Source: a virus
Length of the DNA: 64,000 bases
Virus record (IMG/VR): IMGVR_UViG_3300024259_000016
Span: 1 to 64,000 of that record
Strand: one strand, 5' to 3'
Shown here: one piece after another, positions 29,454 to 42,999 of the stretch
Layout: every line of letters starts with the position of its first letter
Numbering within the stretch: the first letter of the stretch is position 1
The notes under the pieces: model-generated
Seen by the model: only the letters and a program-made list of their open reading frames with translations
Told to the model about the DNA's origin: nothing
Databases searched by the model: none
Translations under genes and position numbers: made by a program

Positions 29454-29683
29454 GAGGTTTATGCCCCTGGTTCCCATCTGTTGCACGTCCTCCCCAAGCT
29501 CGGCAGAGTCCAGAACAATTTGCCCGGGGGTGGATTGAACCCTGAGCAGTTGAGGGTGTACGCCTCGGGATGAATAGGATGAGGGTGAGGGGGTTGGGTG
29601 GTCAAACGACAGGTCCCACAACACCGCAAGCTCTTCCACCCCTTCGGGGGGCGGTAGGGTTGATCCTGGCCCTGGCTCATAAT

Positions 29684-32072
29684 TCACCCCCGAGGGACAG
29701 GCCCCAACACCCGCTCGAGCACAGCAAACCCGCACGCCAGAGGATCTTCCCCTCCGGTCCTCTGCATCTCAGCAACGATCATGTCCTCGAGGCACAGCTC
29801 ACCCGTTCCGATCTGACCGAGCAACCGACGGTACTCAAGTCCCTGACAGGCCGCCTCAAAGGAAGCCCCCACCGTCCTCAGGTAGGTCCCTATGTCCAGT
29901 CCCCCGGTTCGTGCCACCATCGCAGTAGCAGTCCCACCAACGGTCACAGCTTCTTGCGGAGAAAGGTCAAGGGCATCCCCCCGCAACAGGTTCGTCAGCA
30001 CATTGATCGCCACTCCAATTCTTTCCTCATCGGTCATCAAGACTCCATCAGCTCCTCGGCGATCACAGCGACCGCCTCCTCGGGATTCAATTCCCCCCGC
30101 CAGCTACGACAGGCATGCAGAATGTTGCACCCAACCAGCAACTGTTCGGGTCGAACAACCAACTTCACCACGATCCTCACATAGAACATTAAACATCCCC
30201 TCTCAAGGTGAGGCTGGACAATGGGATGGAACACTCCGTCCGAAGATCCTCGTTGCCTGGATTGCAAGGCAGCACGATCCCCACGGGCACACGACCCACC
30301 TCAGAACTCGGGCTCATCACCACCAACCGATCAGACATCCCCCCGGCCGGTGCCCACAATTCGAAGCCGAATGCCTCGAGTGCCAGACACACAGGTAGAG
30401 CAATCCAATTCCATCCAACCCGCAAGAAGACCTCAGTCCCCCTCAACTCCGATGCTCCTATCTCCTTGCGAAGACGGGCTGCACCTATCCCCCGACCATC
30501 GGTACCTACAACCTCGAGACTCATGGACTGACGGTCCCACCAACCAACATCATCTGCCAGGTCGTCAACCCCTTTTCTTACCTGCAGTTCACAGCTGGCT
30601 GGCCTCGGGACGTCATCCTCCCATCCCAGATCAAACAGACAGCGAGTTACCAATCCGCCGCCCACTATGACTCTCCACTGTCGTACTAACCAGCCCGACT
30701 TCGGCAACAGAGCATCGGCGAGAGTCCCGCTTGCAAACATCCCCTCCCGTTCGATGTCGCCTACCAAGCCCCCATCTTGACGTGACCAGAGCCAGTCCAC
30801 AGGAGTATCGCCTTCCTCCCCAACGGACCGAGGCATTCCCGCCATCTTACAAGCCACCCCCATCAACCGGGCCATCCTCCGATGTGGCTTGTACCCCAGT
30901 AGAGTCTTGTCCTGATTGTGCACCCCGATTCCACGCAGGCTCGGATGCCACAGGGCCCACCAGTTACTTACCAGCACAGGCCATGGTGCCCACTCGCATA
31001 CTCCATATCCTAACTTGGACAGCTGACCCCCAACACCACCCCCCTCCAGCAATGCCTCCGGTCGGTACACCTTGACACCCGGCCCCAAGTCTCCACGGCC
31101 GTATCCTGACCCATGAAATGGATTGATTGTAGGAGTGATTGTGGGAATGGCTTTGCCATCCCCACACGAGTTAGATTTATTCATCGTCAGAATTCTCCTT
31201 GATACGTAACCCAAGCCCCTTGGCGCTTACCGCATACCCCCCAACCGAGAAGGTGCATAATCCTGGAAGAGAGATTTGTTCAGTTCGGATTACAGAGTAA
31301 ACGGGAGGTGCTGCCCGCCTTGCGAAAGGCAGCAGTCCGACCAAACGGTCCATCAGGGATCCCCCAAACTCCGCTCTGGCGTCCACCAAATGGGTGATTG
31401 ATACAAGAGTGCCCTGGGCTGTTGCATAACGGTAGTGCTTCCTTGACGACGCCACGTACTCCCCGGGTCCACTACGAGGGTAGAAGCTCACCGACACAGG
31501 CATCGCGGCGCGCAAAGGCACCTCAGCCGCACAAAAGAAGCTCTTCGCAGCCCGAACGAACCCCATAGCAGCAGGGGCGGCCCCCCTCAACGCAGCAGCC
31601 ATCTCCCGATCCAACCTGTTCATCTCTTCGGCCCACCCTCTTTCCCCTTAGGGACAGGCAGCAGATCAGAGTCAGGAGTTGGCAGGGGGAAAGGATACTG
31701 AGCAGTTACTTCACTTGCCGCCATCTTCCCCACCATCAGATCGATCAGCGCGCAGGTGATAGTGCCACGGACTTTCATGTCATCCAGATACTGGACCCAT
31801 GGTTTGCCTTGGATCAATTTCCGCATAACATCTTGGACGTCCATCCCTACCTTGGTTATTACCCCTTCAGCAGAAGTCAATCCGATGACTGCAACGAATG
31901 CGTCCAGGCAGGCCTCGAGCACATGAATATTGTAGATCCACTTAGGATCAGTCGCTGACCACTTCCCAATCAGCTCACGAAGGCAGTTAACATTTGAATC
32001 CTGTAGTTCGTACCAACCCTTCGAGTACAAGATAATGTGCTGGGACAAAGTTCCCCTATCAGGATTACTCAT
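29684..32072 (-). CDS. Hypothetical genes (32072-31620, 31623-31177, about 31187-30189, 30040-29684)
   Basis: Coupled same-strand ORFs downstream of an operator-bearing promoter. Confidence 0.5.
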
Positions 32073-32100
32073 CGCAGTGGTTCCCTCCGGAGATCAGGTT

Positions 32101-32126
32101 ATGCCACGTGTGGCACACAAAGTCAA
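32101..32126 (-). promoter_or_regulatory. Promoter with GTGCCAC-N2-GTGGCAC-type operator
   Basis: TTGACT (32121-32126 minus) next to ATGCCACGTGTGGCAC; intergenic. Confidence 0.7.
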
Positions 32127-32132
32127 GGAGAC

Positions 32133-33705
32133 TCAACAACCCCAATAGTCCCTCACTTGCTCATGAAGATCATACAGGGCGATGTTGAAAACATTGGGGC
32201 TCCAAAGTCCTGCCAGTCCAGCCTTCAGGTTATCCCCAAAGAACCTCCCGAAGATCCCCTCGAGTTTTCTCAAGGACGCCCAGTCAGTTTCCCCGAACGA
32301 GCGGTCCCGGAACAACCCCCCCACAGATTTATATATCGAGGACCAAGAGTCCTCGAGCATCCTACAGAACATCCCTACCTGGCTGTCCCTCCAAGCATAA
32401 GATGGCTCGAGATACTCTTTCCCTCCAGGGAAAGCAAGGCGCCCCTCCCTCGACAACCGATCACACAGCTTGGTCCCCGGGAACACACGCAGGTGCATGT
32501 CGGGATGCCGGAACACCTGTTGCAATGCCATCATTCTCCCCCAGGAAGCCCAGCGACTCCTCGAGCTCCTCCCACGTGGTGTCAGGACCAAACAAGATCC
32601 GACCGAGGTTCACCCGTATCCCTGCCCTACGCAGCCCGAGCACAGCAGTTCTCACATCCCTGGACTTCACTCCCTTCCCCAAGTACCCAAGCATCCGATC
32701 CGACCCACTCTCGGCCCCGAGGAACACGGTCTTCATCCCTGACCTATTCAGTTGCTTCAACAGGTCCATGTCCAGTTGCCCACCCCAGTTCAGGGAGTCG
32801 GCCCGAAGCTCCACCTTGTACTCGATATCCAACTCACGTTCCAGGATCTCGTGGGCAATCTCAGTGGCATGGTCCCATCCATCCATCCCCTTTGGCAGGA
32901 ACAGGTCATCATTGAAGTAGAACCGACGGATCCCCCTCTGCTTAACCATCACTTCGATCTCATCGACGACATCCCCAGCATCCCGACCAATCCAAGAAGG
33001 CTGTCCACAAAGCTTGCGGACGGCCGGCGTGGTGCAGAAGCTGCAGTTGTGGGGGCACCCGCGGCTCGCCAGGATCCGGGCACACTGTTGTCCATCACCC
33101 ATCTCATCGAGCACAGCTCGGTCAGGCTGCAGCCCTTTCCATACCTCCGAGTCACTCACCTTCTCAGTAGCCGGGCCTGTAAAAATGGGGGCAGGACATC
33201 CGGCCCGAGGTCGGAAACCGATACCCATGACACCAGTCATATAGGTTGTTGGGGGCTCCCCCAGTCTATTAGCCAGACAGACGGCAGAGGCAACCTCGGG
33301 GGCAGTCAGTTCCCCGTCCCCCAGTACAACCACATCACAGGCTGTTGTCTCCCAGTCCTCGAGGATCGCACGGGCGCACAGACTAGCATGGTGTCCGCCC
33401 CAACAAACCACAGGGGACTCGAGCCTCCACATAGCCCGGACATCCCGGCTGACCCGACTTACCACCTCCGCATTCGAACAGTCCACCGTGAACCCAACCA
33501 TACCAGCCATAGGAATCCGGGACAGAGTTGTCACTACTTTGGCGACACCACCCATCACCCCGCTATCCAGGATCCTCACCTCATGCCCACACCCCCGCAA
33601 AGAGGCAGACACATAGGCCAGGCCCAGGTGTTCGTCGGCATGAACCCGTTGTCTAACCAGGTCGCCCCCAGCCTCGGTCAGTAATCTCACCAGATAGATC
33701 AACAT
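32133..33705 (-). CDS. B12-binding (class B) radical SAM protein, frameshifted near 32540
   Basis: HLGLAYVSASLR, GGHHAS, GDGE, SRGCPHNCSFC, DDLF, GAESGS; the expected VFPGTKL motif lies in the +1 frame (32133-32591). Confidence 0.85.
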
Positions 33706-34660
33706 CAGCCTGGCTCCCTCATGTACGTGCAGTCATCGTTGCCGCAGTGCATGCAGCCAGGCTCTCCTGTCTTGCACTGATGGAGGTCCGCCCCACACTC
33801 CGGACACTTCTCAACATCGTCGTCAGCCTCACCTTTGCTTCCGCAATGAGCGCACTCAAAATGCTCCGGGCTGGCTTTTTTCAGGTTTTCAGCCAGGCAC
33901 CTGTCCCTATCGACAACGGCTGTAATATTGAAAAGCGGGTCTCCACCTTCCTCAGTCCTGCTCTCACACTCGGGATTACTGCAACGAATCAATTCCATAG
34001 TCTCCAGGGCGTACATGGCGTCACGCACCTCGACCAGCTCATGCACGGCTGTGTCCATCATTCTGGCAGCCTCCGCTGCTGCTTCGGCCACAGAGACGGC
34101 CTCGAGGCAGGCATCGCCGATCTCAATGCAGATGAATCGCGCCAGGCCATCCCCTTCAGAGTTCTCTCGGATAAGGTCCCCCCCATCTGGGTACGCCTGG
34201 CGGGCAGATGTGAGCAGCACTTCTCTGATGTCCCTTGTCATCTCTGCGACAACTCTGTCTCTAATGTTTTCCGTCTCCACGTCGACAGGTAGCACATCCC
34301 CTCGTCGGCTGGCAGTGAACATGGCCTTGGCCGTCTCGATGTGGACATCGTGGTCCTCGCTCACCCACAGTGGATCCTTGATACTCAGGGTAAGCCATGC
34401 GGTGTCAACGTCAGCCTGTACCACAGAAGGATGCACCTCGATACGAGGTACCTTCTCGCCAGGAAACGTGCTGCCGATGACGAGGCGGGCATCCCACCGA
34501 ACGCGCTGCCAGAGCATCTCACGCAATGGAGTCAACTGCCCCAGACAGCCAATCAGGTCCATGCCTCCGTTGGCGTGCTCGACAACCTCGATCCCGCGGT
34601 GCTTGCACAGCCGCCGGATGATGGTTCCCCTCTTCATATTTTCATCCACCCCTCGCGGCA

Positions 34661-34972
34661 TCAGGCGTCTTCGATGGCATCGGAGAAGTGGTCCTCGAGG
34701 ACATCCACGTCATCGTTGTGCTCCAACCAGGCCCTGGCTTCCGCAGGTGTCAGGGGGGCGATACCCTCACCACTGCCACGTCCATGCTGCATATCCCCCT
34801 CACCCCAGCGGGTCATAGGCCCTCCCATTCCGTGGAGGAACCAGGTTCCCTTCTTCGTCAAGTACAGGTCTTCGGAGTACTGATCGAAGTCTCCGGCGTA
34901 GCCGCGGCTGAACGACGCCACACACTCAGCCGTGGCTGTGTTGTACCGCTTCCCATCAATGATCTTGATCAT
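34661..34972 (-). CDS. Conserved phage hypothetical protein
   Basis: IIDGKRYNTATA...EDLYLTKKGTWFLHGMGG...EARAWLE. Confidence 0.7.
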   Translation of the reverse strand: MIKIIDGKRYNTATAECVASFSRGYAGDFDQYSEDLYLTKKGTWFLHGMGGPMTRWGEGDMQHGRGSGEGIAPLTPAEARAWLEHNDDVDVLEDHFSDAIEDA

Positions 34973-37381
34973 GTCCCTTCCTCCTCGTCTATCGGATAAG
35001 GCCAGTCCTCACCCGTCTGATGTTCGAAGTCCCCCTTATCCACCCACACCCAGGCTTGCACGTAGGCCCCACCCCCATCCGCTCCGACCGACACATAAGC
35101 GTCGTCATCGATCTCCAACTCACCCTCGATGTAGTGCCGACGCTTGGTATACTCCACCACAGCATCATGCTCGGCTGTGTCAGCAGATAGCTTGAGACGG
35201 GTCAGCGCAGTAACCAGCAGGTCCTTAGCCTTGGTAGACGTTGCCCACCCATGTTTGTGCAGGCACACCTTGAGCCAGTTCACGGCCTCATGGACCACGG
35301 GCGGGGCGTGCCCTGGCTCTTCGTTCTTTGTCGCGAACTCAGCCGGCCGACTCTTCACTCTGTCACTACTCACGGAAGGTAGCCCTCACAATCAGGATCT
35401 TCGACCAGGCCCAAGGCATTCTTAACTACCCTGAACCCGCTACAATCCTTTTGCAGTTTCCTCTTCAGTTCTTCGACAGGGGAGACATCAAGCCAGATAT
35501 TAAAAGATGGGTAGTCTGCTGGATTGTAGGTAGCAAATAAGGTCGGACCATGGGGAGCTTTAACTATTAGGACAGCAGCACCATCATCGTTGAGCAACAA
35601 GGTATTACCTCTCTCGCAAACCCCCCCGTTGGCAAACAACTCATGTGCGTTCATCGGGACGCCCCTGCAATCTTAGCCTTCCTACATTGGCGGTCTTCAA
35701 TGTTGGTCCACCATGCCTGCTCAGGGGGGCGGAGGCCAAAGCCCTTCTCGAGCATCTCAACACGGCAGGCCAGCAGCAGCCACCGGGCCTGGAGGAAATT
35801 CATGTACGCGGCGGCGCGTTCACCTCCATCATCATCCTTGAATCTTGGATCCTCTCTAAAGGTGAAGTCACCAACAGTTCCTTGGAAATCACACTCAGGG
35901 CACTCACAGTAACTTTGATTGCCCCAGATGGTATCTCCAGAAGGTGCTTCATTTCCATCATCATAGATGTCTAGTACCTCGGTGCATGTCATCTCGATCC
36001 GCAGGGAATCCTGGTGCCCACAACAGGGACAGCACATCCCCCTAAGGGCGTTGACGTTCATGTCCTCAGCCGTTAACTGTTTATGCATCAGACCGTCTCC
36101 CCATCAAACACAGGATCGTTGCCAGCTTCCCCAAGGTCAGGCTCACTCCCGCCAAGAGTCCGGCCCCCCGCGGCACCATACATCTTGAGCATCAGGTTGG
36201 ACGCCGGACAATCAGGGGCACGCTCCCCATCCTGCACATCCCCAGCGTACCGACGCAGCCCGGCCAGGCAATCCCCACCCATGAAGTCCCGAGCCGACGA
36301 ACCAATCCTATTCACAGGCCTATCAAGCAAGTCCTCCATCAATCTCTCATCGGCCAGGATCTCTTCGGCCCGCTTGACCCCCCGACTTACAGCCCACCCG
36401 AACCGCGGCGCCGAGTCATCATCCAGCGGCGCCCTCGTACCGTGCGTCCGCAAGGCATCAGCCAACAGAGGAAACAGTTTCCCCAGTTTCTCACCGTCGT
36501 CCAGTTCCTCATCGGCAACCATCTCGGCGTAGTAGTCTTGTTGTCCACAGTAATCCAAGGCGCTATTCCAGACAGAGGCATCAACCCCCAGTACATCAAC
36601 GAGCTGCACCTCCCACACAAACTGATCCCCTCCGCCACCACGCCAGTCATCCCCGCAGGCATCTTGCATGTCCGTCACTTCAACGAACAGGTACCGATGC
36701 GCAACCTTCCCAGCCTCGCCAGTCAACGACTTGCAGTAGACCGCGTGGGTATCCTCGTACCAGACTTCCCACCCTCGGGCCTCAGCCCACTTGCCCAGCT
36801 CACTCATCAAGTTGTCTCCCCATACCAGGGCAGATAGCCGCAGGCATCAATCTCGAACGGGTCCTGTCCCTCGTCACCGTCGTAACCATTCAGCTCCAGG
36901 TTGAGATTGTCGATGTCCATGCCGTTGTCCTCATGGCTATCAGTCCAGGCCACCCCATGGCCTACGATAGGCATCACCTGGTAGTGCCCCCAACCATCCA
37001 GGTCATCGAGGGCGTCAGCCTTACCAGCCCACTGCCACCAGCCACCCTCAGTCTGTGCCCGCTCGATCTTGCATGCCAGCTGTTCGGCATACCAGTCAGC
37101 TTGCTTGAACCCCAACTCATAGCGGGCATCAGCATCCCCCTTGTCTGGGGCAATATCCATGAGGTCTACCCCCATCAAGCTCCGACCCCCAAAGGCCCGA
37201 GCACTATCAGGCATGCCAGCATATTCCTCGTCGGTCAGATCATCGTTGTCCGACAGCCACGACTCACCACCAGGCTTGTCCTCCTCGCAGGAGATCCAGG
37301 CCAGCACGAAGATGGTCCGAGCCATCGACTCGACAACCTCGGCACGCACTTCGCTCACTTCCATCTCAGTCTTCGGCATTA

Positions 37382-38521
37382 CTATGCTCCTCCTCGCCTG
37401 AACATCTCGGTCAGGACATCAGCAATCTCGCAGGTAGCAAGGGTTCGATTAGTCGCCTGATTCAGGTCGACCTTGATCTCCTCGGCCAGCCACTGCAGGT
37501 CTTCACCCTCCACATGTAGGGCCCGCAGTGGCGCCCCCCACAGGCCCAGCCAGAACTCAACCCGATCCGATTCCGGCTCGACATCAGACAGGTGAACAAG
37601 CAGGTCCTCTCGGATCCCTTCAGCATTCGGCTTGAATGCTTTGTTGTCCTTGATCTCCTCTTGCACATAATGCACGGCATCGCACAAGGCTCCATCCCAG
37701 GTCTCATCCGGCTCAAGCGGATCAAGCAGGTGCCCACGAATGGCATCGGCGAGCTGGCCATCATCGAAGTAATCATCCTCCTCGTCAGACTTGATCTGCT
37801 CTCGCTGGATCTCCAGGTCAGCCTCGTCCTCCGAGGTCAGTGTCTCGAAGCAGTCGATGCACACAGAGCCACCATGGTACTCATCGCCGGGCTTGGGGAA
37901 ACTCTGCCCGAGGTCGTATGTATCGCCGCCGCCGAACTTCCCTTCGCCAACCCCGCGCAGGAGTATGGCATCTACACACTCCGGGCACATCTCAGCGCAG
38001 TCCCGGCACAGGGCAACCTCCCCCCCGTTACCCGCGACGAAGGTGAAGGGGGGCTGCTCATCACCGGCATCATCCTGGTCCTGCGTGTAGACGCCGCGGA
38101 GAGCCCGGTCCCATTGCATGAAGTACTTGTAGTCATCGGGCGTACCCTTGCCCGTCGTCAGCCGGCGGAAGATCTCTTCACTGGCGTCGTCCCCGATCAT
38201 CATCCGGCCCCCACAGGCAGCGCAGACCCACAGGATTCCCTGGTCCTCCGGCCGAGCCCAGTCAACAGGCTCAGTCGATTGGTCCTCGGTAGCATGCAGC
38301 CGCTCGAACCTGTCCGGGTCCTCGTCGTTCATCACGACCGACCGCAGGTGCGCAAGCTCGGCTTCCTCAGCATCGATCCCGTCGGGCAGTACACCCTGAC
38401 AGCAAGGGCAGCCCTTGCTCGCCCGAAACAGAGTGGCCTCCCACCAGGTCATGTCCCCAGTAGCCACCCCATACCCATCCCAGGGCTCGTTGCACACTCC
38501 ACATAGAATGTCTTGGCTCAC
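37382..38521 (-). CDS. Cys-rich acidic phage protein (GTG start near 38521)
   Basis: DILCGVCNEPWD...KGCPCC plus further CxxC pairs. Confidence 0.6.
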   Translation of the reverse strand: MSQDILCGVCNEPWDGYGVATGDMTWWEATLFRASKGCPCCQGVLPDGIDAEEAELAHLRSVVMNDEDPDRFERLHATEDQSTEPVDWARPEDQGILWVCAACGGRMMIGDDASEEIFRRLTTGKGTPDDYKYFMQWDRALRGVYTQDQDDAGDEQPPFTFVAGNGGEVALCRDCAEMCPECVDAILLRGVGEGKFGGGDTYDLGQSFPKPGDEYHGGSVCIDCFETLTSEDEADLEIQREQIKSDEEDDYFDDGQLADAIRGHLLDPLEPDETWDGALCDAVHYVQEEIKDNKAFKPNAEGIREDLLVHLSDVEPESDRVEFWLGLWGAPLRALHVEGEDLQWLAEEIKVDLNQATNRTLATCEIADVLTEMFRRGGA

Positions 38522-39420
38522 GTCAATTGTCTCCCAATGAAGGCAGCAACATCTGCCGGCTCGAAGCCGTACTCCGCAAGTAGATAATCGAGTTGGCCAG
38601 CAGCCCCTGAGTTGTTGATGTTGCTTGCCTCGCAGGACTTGCATTCATGAACGAGGTCATCCAGCCATTCAGCGGCATCTTCCATGCTGCCGTACTCCTC
38701 GGCGAGAATCCTCTCGAGCTTCTGTCTATCGGTCATACCGCGTTGCCTTCTTTGTCTACCGACGTTATGTACGTAGGCCAGCCCAGGAAATTGAGTAATT
38801 GACCGCCCCCCACCTCCTTATCAGCCTGGAGTTTGAACTCATGGCTCAGATCATGTGGCCACTCAGCCGTCGTATGATCTCGATCGTTGAGCCATTGAGC
38901 GAGTGCCGGATTAAACTCGGCCTTTGGGTTGAACCAGATGCCGCACTCCGGGCAATCAACCAGACCCTCGAAGTCAGGCTTGGCTTCAAACTCAGCGCCG
39001 CACCCAATGATGTCCCCATCGGAATGCCTGCTTGTCGGACAGATGTACTTGGCCATTAGTAGGCCTCGTACATCCCGGCCTCATCTTCTCCGTCGACAGC
39101 ATCGAGCAGGCCCAAGGCCATCTCCCCGGTCATGCCCGGTTCCATGGCGCACAGCAACTTGTCCAGGCTTTCGCGGCGCCCACCCATCCGGGCAGCGCAG
39201 GATGCCTCAAACTCGTCGCGCAGGGCCTGGGCCTCTCGGTGGCTCAGGCCAGAGCCAGGCGCCGCATAGTAGGTCATGCACCCCCCATCTCCGGCCTGCG
39301 ATGCTTGCAACACAGGGGCATCATCAACATGCACCACACAGGTCCAGGCATACCCCTTCCCTGTGTCATGCCCCTTCAACCCACTGATCGTGATCATCCG
39401 AAGTTCAATGCTCATGATCT

Positions 39421-39756
39421 CTATCTCTCCATCTTCCAGAGGTTGTAGTTGCTCGGGTAGCATCTTTGCAGCATCTTCTCAGCCAGAGCCAAGTCGACCC
39501 CAGGGAATAGCTCAGGCCAGGTCAAGATGATGGCGTAGGTTGCGCAGTCCTCTTCGAACCACAGCCCAGCCCCGCCGTTGCCAGGGTTTTCCCAGTCGGT
39601 ATCGCCGATGGCAGATAGAGCCGGCGGCATCGAGCCAATCAGTTGCGATGCCACGTAGACACCCCCATGCGACGGCGTCTGGTACTCAATGACCCCAGGC
39701 ATCAGAACCTTGACATGGTCGGGCCTGCCCCATGGTGTGTTAGTTGGCTTCAACAT
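39421..39756 (-). CDS. DUF7007-like phage protein
   Basis: TPWG...TPSHGG...WFEEDC. Confidence 0.65.
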   Translation of the reverse strand: MLKPTNTPWGRPDHVKVLMPGVIEYQTPSHGGVYVASQLIGSMPPALSAIGDTDWENPGNGGAGLWFEEDCATYAIILTWPELFPGVDLALAEKMLQRCYPSNYNLWKMER

Positions 39757-41290
39757 GATCCCTATCCCTCCTCGCTCGCGTTCAACCAGTCGGCTACTTC
39801 GCAGGCCAAGTCAGCTCGCCAGCCACCAAAGTGCCAGTAGTCATGAGATCGATCCGTGTCGGACGTCGATCCACTGTAATGCACCTCGCCGTTCTTCTTG
39901 ACCCTCACCCGTCGGCTACCTACCCCATGCCCGAGGTACTCTCGGATCTGCGCGTCGGTAACATCTGTGTACTTGATCATCAAACTACCTCCTCGGCATG
40001 TTGGCGCATGCTGATACGAAGTCACGGTATCGCTTGCTTCGCTTCTCTCTCATCGGGATGGTGTGGGCTGCCTCATGCTCGAACTCCTTGGCTATCCAAC
40101 AACGGAGCTCATGGCCATCCCACCCGGCAGGCAGGTCACCTTCCTCGATGTGCCGGATGAACATGGCCTGCATGTCCTCCATGAATCGGTTGACCAGGCG
40201 CAACTTGCCCAAACGGTGGTGAATATCCTCTGTGCGTGTCTCAGACCAGTTCGGGGTCCAGTCCGCCTCAGAAGAAACAAAGTGAGACAGGGCGCCACAG
40301 TCAGGACACTCGCCGGCCGGCATCAGCTCTCCTGGCTCGACTCGGCCAAGCAAGTCAAAATACTCCACCAGGTCACCGCCATTGACATCCTTGTCCAAGT
40401 CCATGCCCCCTGCGTCTGCATCGAAGTACATGAAGTGGACCAAATCGGCGACCAATGCCTTGGCCGCCACAGCCGCACCGACCGGCGCATCTTCGCCGGG
40501 GTCATATGTTAGTATCGGCGGTCCTTGTGTCTCAGCATCGAGAGGCATCGCATCCTGCCTTTTGCTGAGCTTGAGCGCGTATGCCTCCTGCTCATGCAGA
40601 TGCTTGGACAAAAAGGTGGCGAAGGCATAGCCCCAGGAGCGAGAGGCTACGTAGTCAGCCACATTCTCCCACGAAAGCTCAGGCCCCTCTTCCCAGCCCC
40701 GGCTGAGCCGCTCATCCAGGATCTCCAGTGCCTGCTCCAGGTGGCTCTGTTTGAGCACTCGACGAGATGCCACAGGCCCCTCACCGCGCAGGTGCTCGGC
40801 CACACCCCACAGGGCACGCTCAAGTAGCTCTTCCCAACGGCTGCCCCTCGGCACTTCATGTTTGTCACACAGTTTGCGGATGCTGGTCCAGGTATCCATC
40901 AGGTTACGTCCTCCTTGATCGTTTTCCACTTGTTGGTCTCGTCATCCCACTGCTGCACAGCCAGGACTTTGTCTCCATGCTCGGCCAACCACCGCACCTT
41001 CGATCGAATCCAATCCAAGCTATCAGACAGGTAGTAGGCCACACCCATCCCGCTCGGGTCGGGCCTACCAATCCAGTGTTTATAACGATACTTAATCCGG
41101 TAGTCGTGCAGGAACACGGCTCGCCCCCCAATCTCCTCCCGATGTAGGGTCATCGACTCAGAACTGGCGGCCAAACTGGACGCAGACATTCATTGGCTTG
41201 TAGTGACGGCGGGCCGTCTTCACGATCCGGCGCCATGTTGCCCCCCGCCACAGCGCAACTTACCTAGTCGGGTGTTGATCTCAGGCTGGC

Positions 41291-41689
41291 TCATGATTCA
41301 TCCTCCTCAACGATCTGAGGTTCATCGCCAATGGCTGCGCATGCCCTCATGTATGCCTCTCCCAGGTCAACCCAGTCAGAGTCGCAATTTGGCGCACAGG
41401 TGCCATCCGCAGAGATTCGGATGCCGCCTGTCTCATTGACCGTTGTTATTAAGTCGATGAGGCATCCGATGAGCTCCTTCTCTGAATAGATATTTTTCAA
41501 CTCGGAGACCTTGCCGGTCCAGTCACACTCGCAGATAACTAGGGCGTCGTTATCGACAGGAAACTCCGTGGCGGCGAGTGCCCCCGGCCCCACAGCCTGG
41601 AGCCTGCCACACCAGCGGAAAGCAGCTGGCAGCCGGACAATCAACCGATCTCCATCACAAGCCGGGCACACCTGACGTAGCCGGCTCAT
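41291..41689 (-). CDS. Zn-ribbon module protein
   Basis: CPACD...LPAAFRW...TEFPVD...ICECDWTG; ATGA overlap at start. Confidence 0.6.
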   Translation of the reverse strand: MSRLRQVCPACDGDRLIVRLPAAFRWCGRLQAVGPGALAATEFPVDNDALVICECDWTGKVSELKNIYSEKELIGCLIDLITTVNETGGIRISADGTCAPNCDSDWVDLGEAYMRACAAIGDEPQIVEEDES

Positions 41690-42489
41690 GTGATTACGAT
41701 CCAATCGTTGCCCGCTGTCACGTAACAGGTGCCAATGTTGGAGAAGATGCACAGGTACACCCGGCGCCAGCGAGGAGAGCCGGGCAACTTGGCCATCGTC
41801 GATGTTGGGATCTTGCGGCCATAGCCAGAGGCTGTGTATTGCAGGCCAACCTTTTGCCACGGCAACAACTCAGTCTTGTGCTCCAGGTCCTCGAGGGGAT
41901 ACCGCGCAACAATCTTGGTCTCAGGCATCGGCTGGGCTACTCGTCGTCAGTAGCACAATCGGTGCACATGCCAGCTTCATCATCGAAACAATCGTGGCAG
42001 ACCATCAGGCCACAGATGTCGCACTCTTCCGTGTCGTCCTCGTCGACATCCTGCTTGCACACTGGGCATTCAACCTCAACAGGCTCTTCGTTGAAGTCGG
42101 CCGGCTCGGTCTCACCTCGTCGCTTAACCACGATCAGGGTACCCTCGTGTAGCTCGGCGGTCTCCATGTGAGCCATGCCATCCGACGGGTGGGGCATGTG
42201 CAGCAGCAGATGACCATCAGGCGTCCGCCGCATCGTGAACACGAAACAGCCCCGAGGGTCACCTACCGACACGCAGCAGGACACCTCATCTTTGTCTGGG
42301 TCAGCTGTGATCCGAGCAGAGTTGAGCCAGGACAAACCACCTCGGCATTCACCATACCCATTCTCGGCGTCGGGATTGGAGATCCTGACCGTCAGCTCTT
42401 CTCCTGGCTCTCGCTCATCCATCAGCCCCCCGGCGTATTCCCCATCAACTTCAGGTATCAATCTCACATCGCTCATTGTCCTCCCTCCT

Positions 42490-42999
42490 TTAGTATCCCA
42501 TCCTGGCTTCCCAGGCTTCCTCAGCAGCCCACTCAGCACGCATCCCAATCCGCTTCCTCACCCGGGCACAATTCGGATCGTCCGGTGAGGGTACAGGCTC
42601 GACACGACGGCCACCGCAGCCGTAGCACGGCACATCGTAGTCACCCCTCATGTAGCTCCGCTGAAACTCAGGGCCCAGCTCAGCCATCTCCGAACCTGTA
42701 ATCCCATCGGCATCTATACCGGGATTGACATGGCTGCCTCGGCCATCACATACCGTACAAACTTCCCAGACAATGTAGACCTCAACAGACTCGGTGCAGT
42801 TGCCACAGTCGGCTCCAACACATCGAGTCGGAGCAAGATGGACCCCCTGCTCTTGTTTCTCTTGGTCTCCATAGCAAGGCCGGTCCCCAGCCTCTACTGG
42901 CAGCTCCACCCGACAGGTCATCCCCTTCTCGTCGAGGCTGTCCTTATCGTACCAGCAGGTCATGTAGCTTGCCCTGTCCCTACAATCAGAGTGGAACAT
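42490..42999 (-). CDS. DnaJ-type Zn-finger phage protein
   Basis: CTVCDGRG...YDVPCYGCGGRRV. Confidence 0.65.
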   Translation of the reverse strand: MFHSDCRDRASYMTCWYDKDSLDEKGMTCRVELPVEAGDRPCYGDQEKQEQGVHLAPTRCVGADCGNCTESVEVYIVWEVCTVCDGRGSHVNPGIDADGITGSEMAELGPEFQRSYMRGDYDVPCYGCGGRRVEPVPSPDDPNCARVRKRIGMRAEWAAEEAWEARMGY

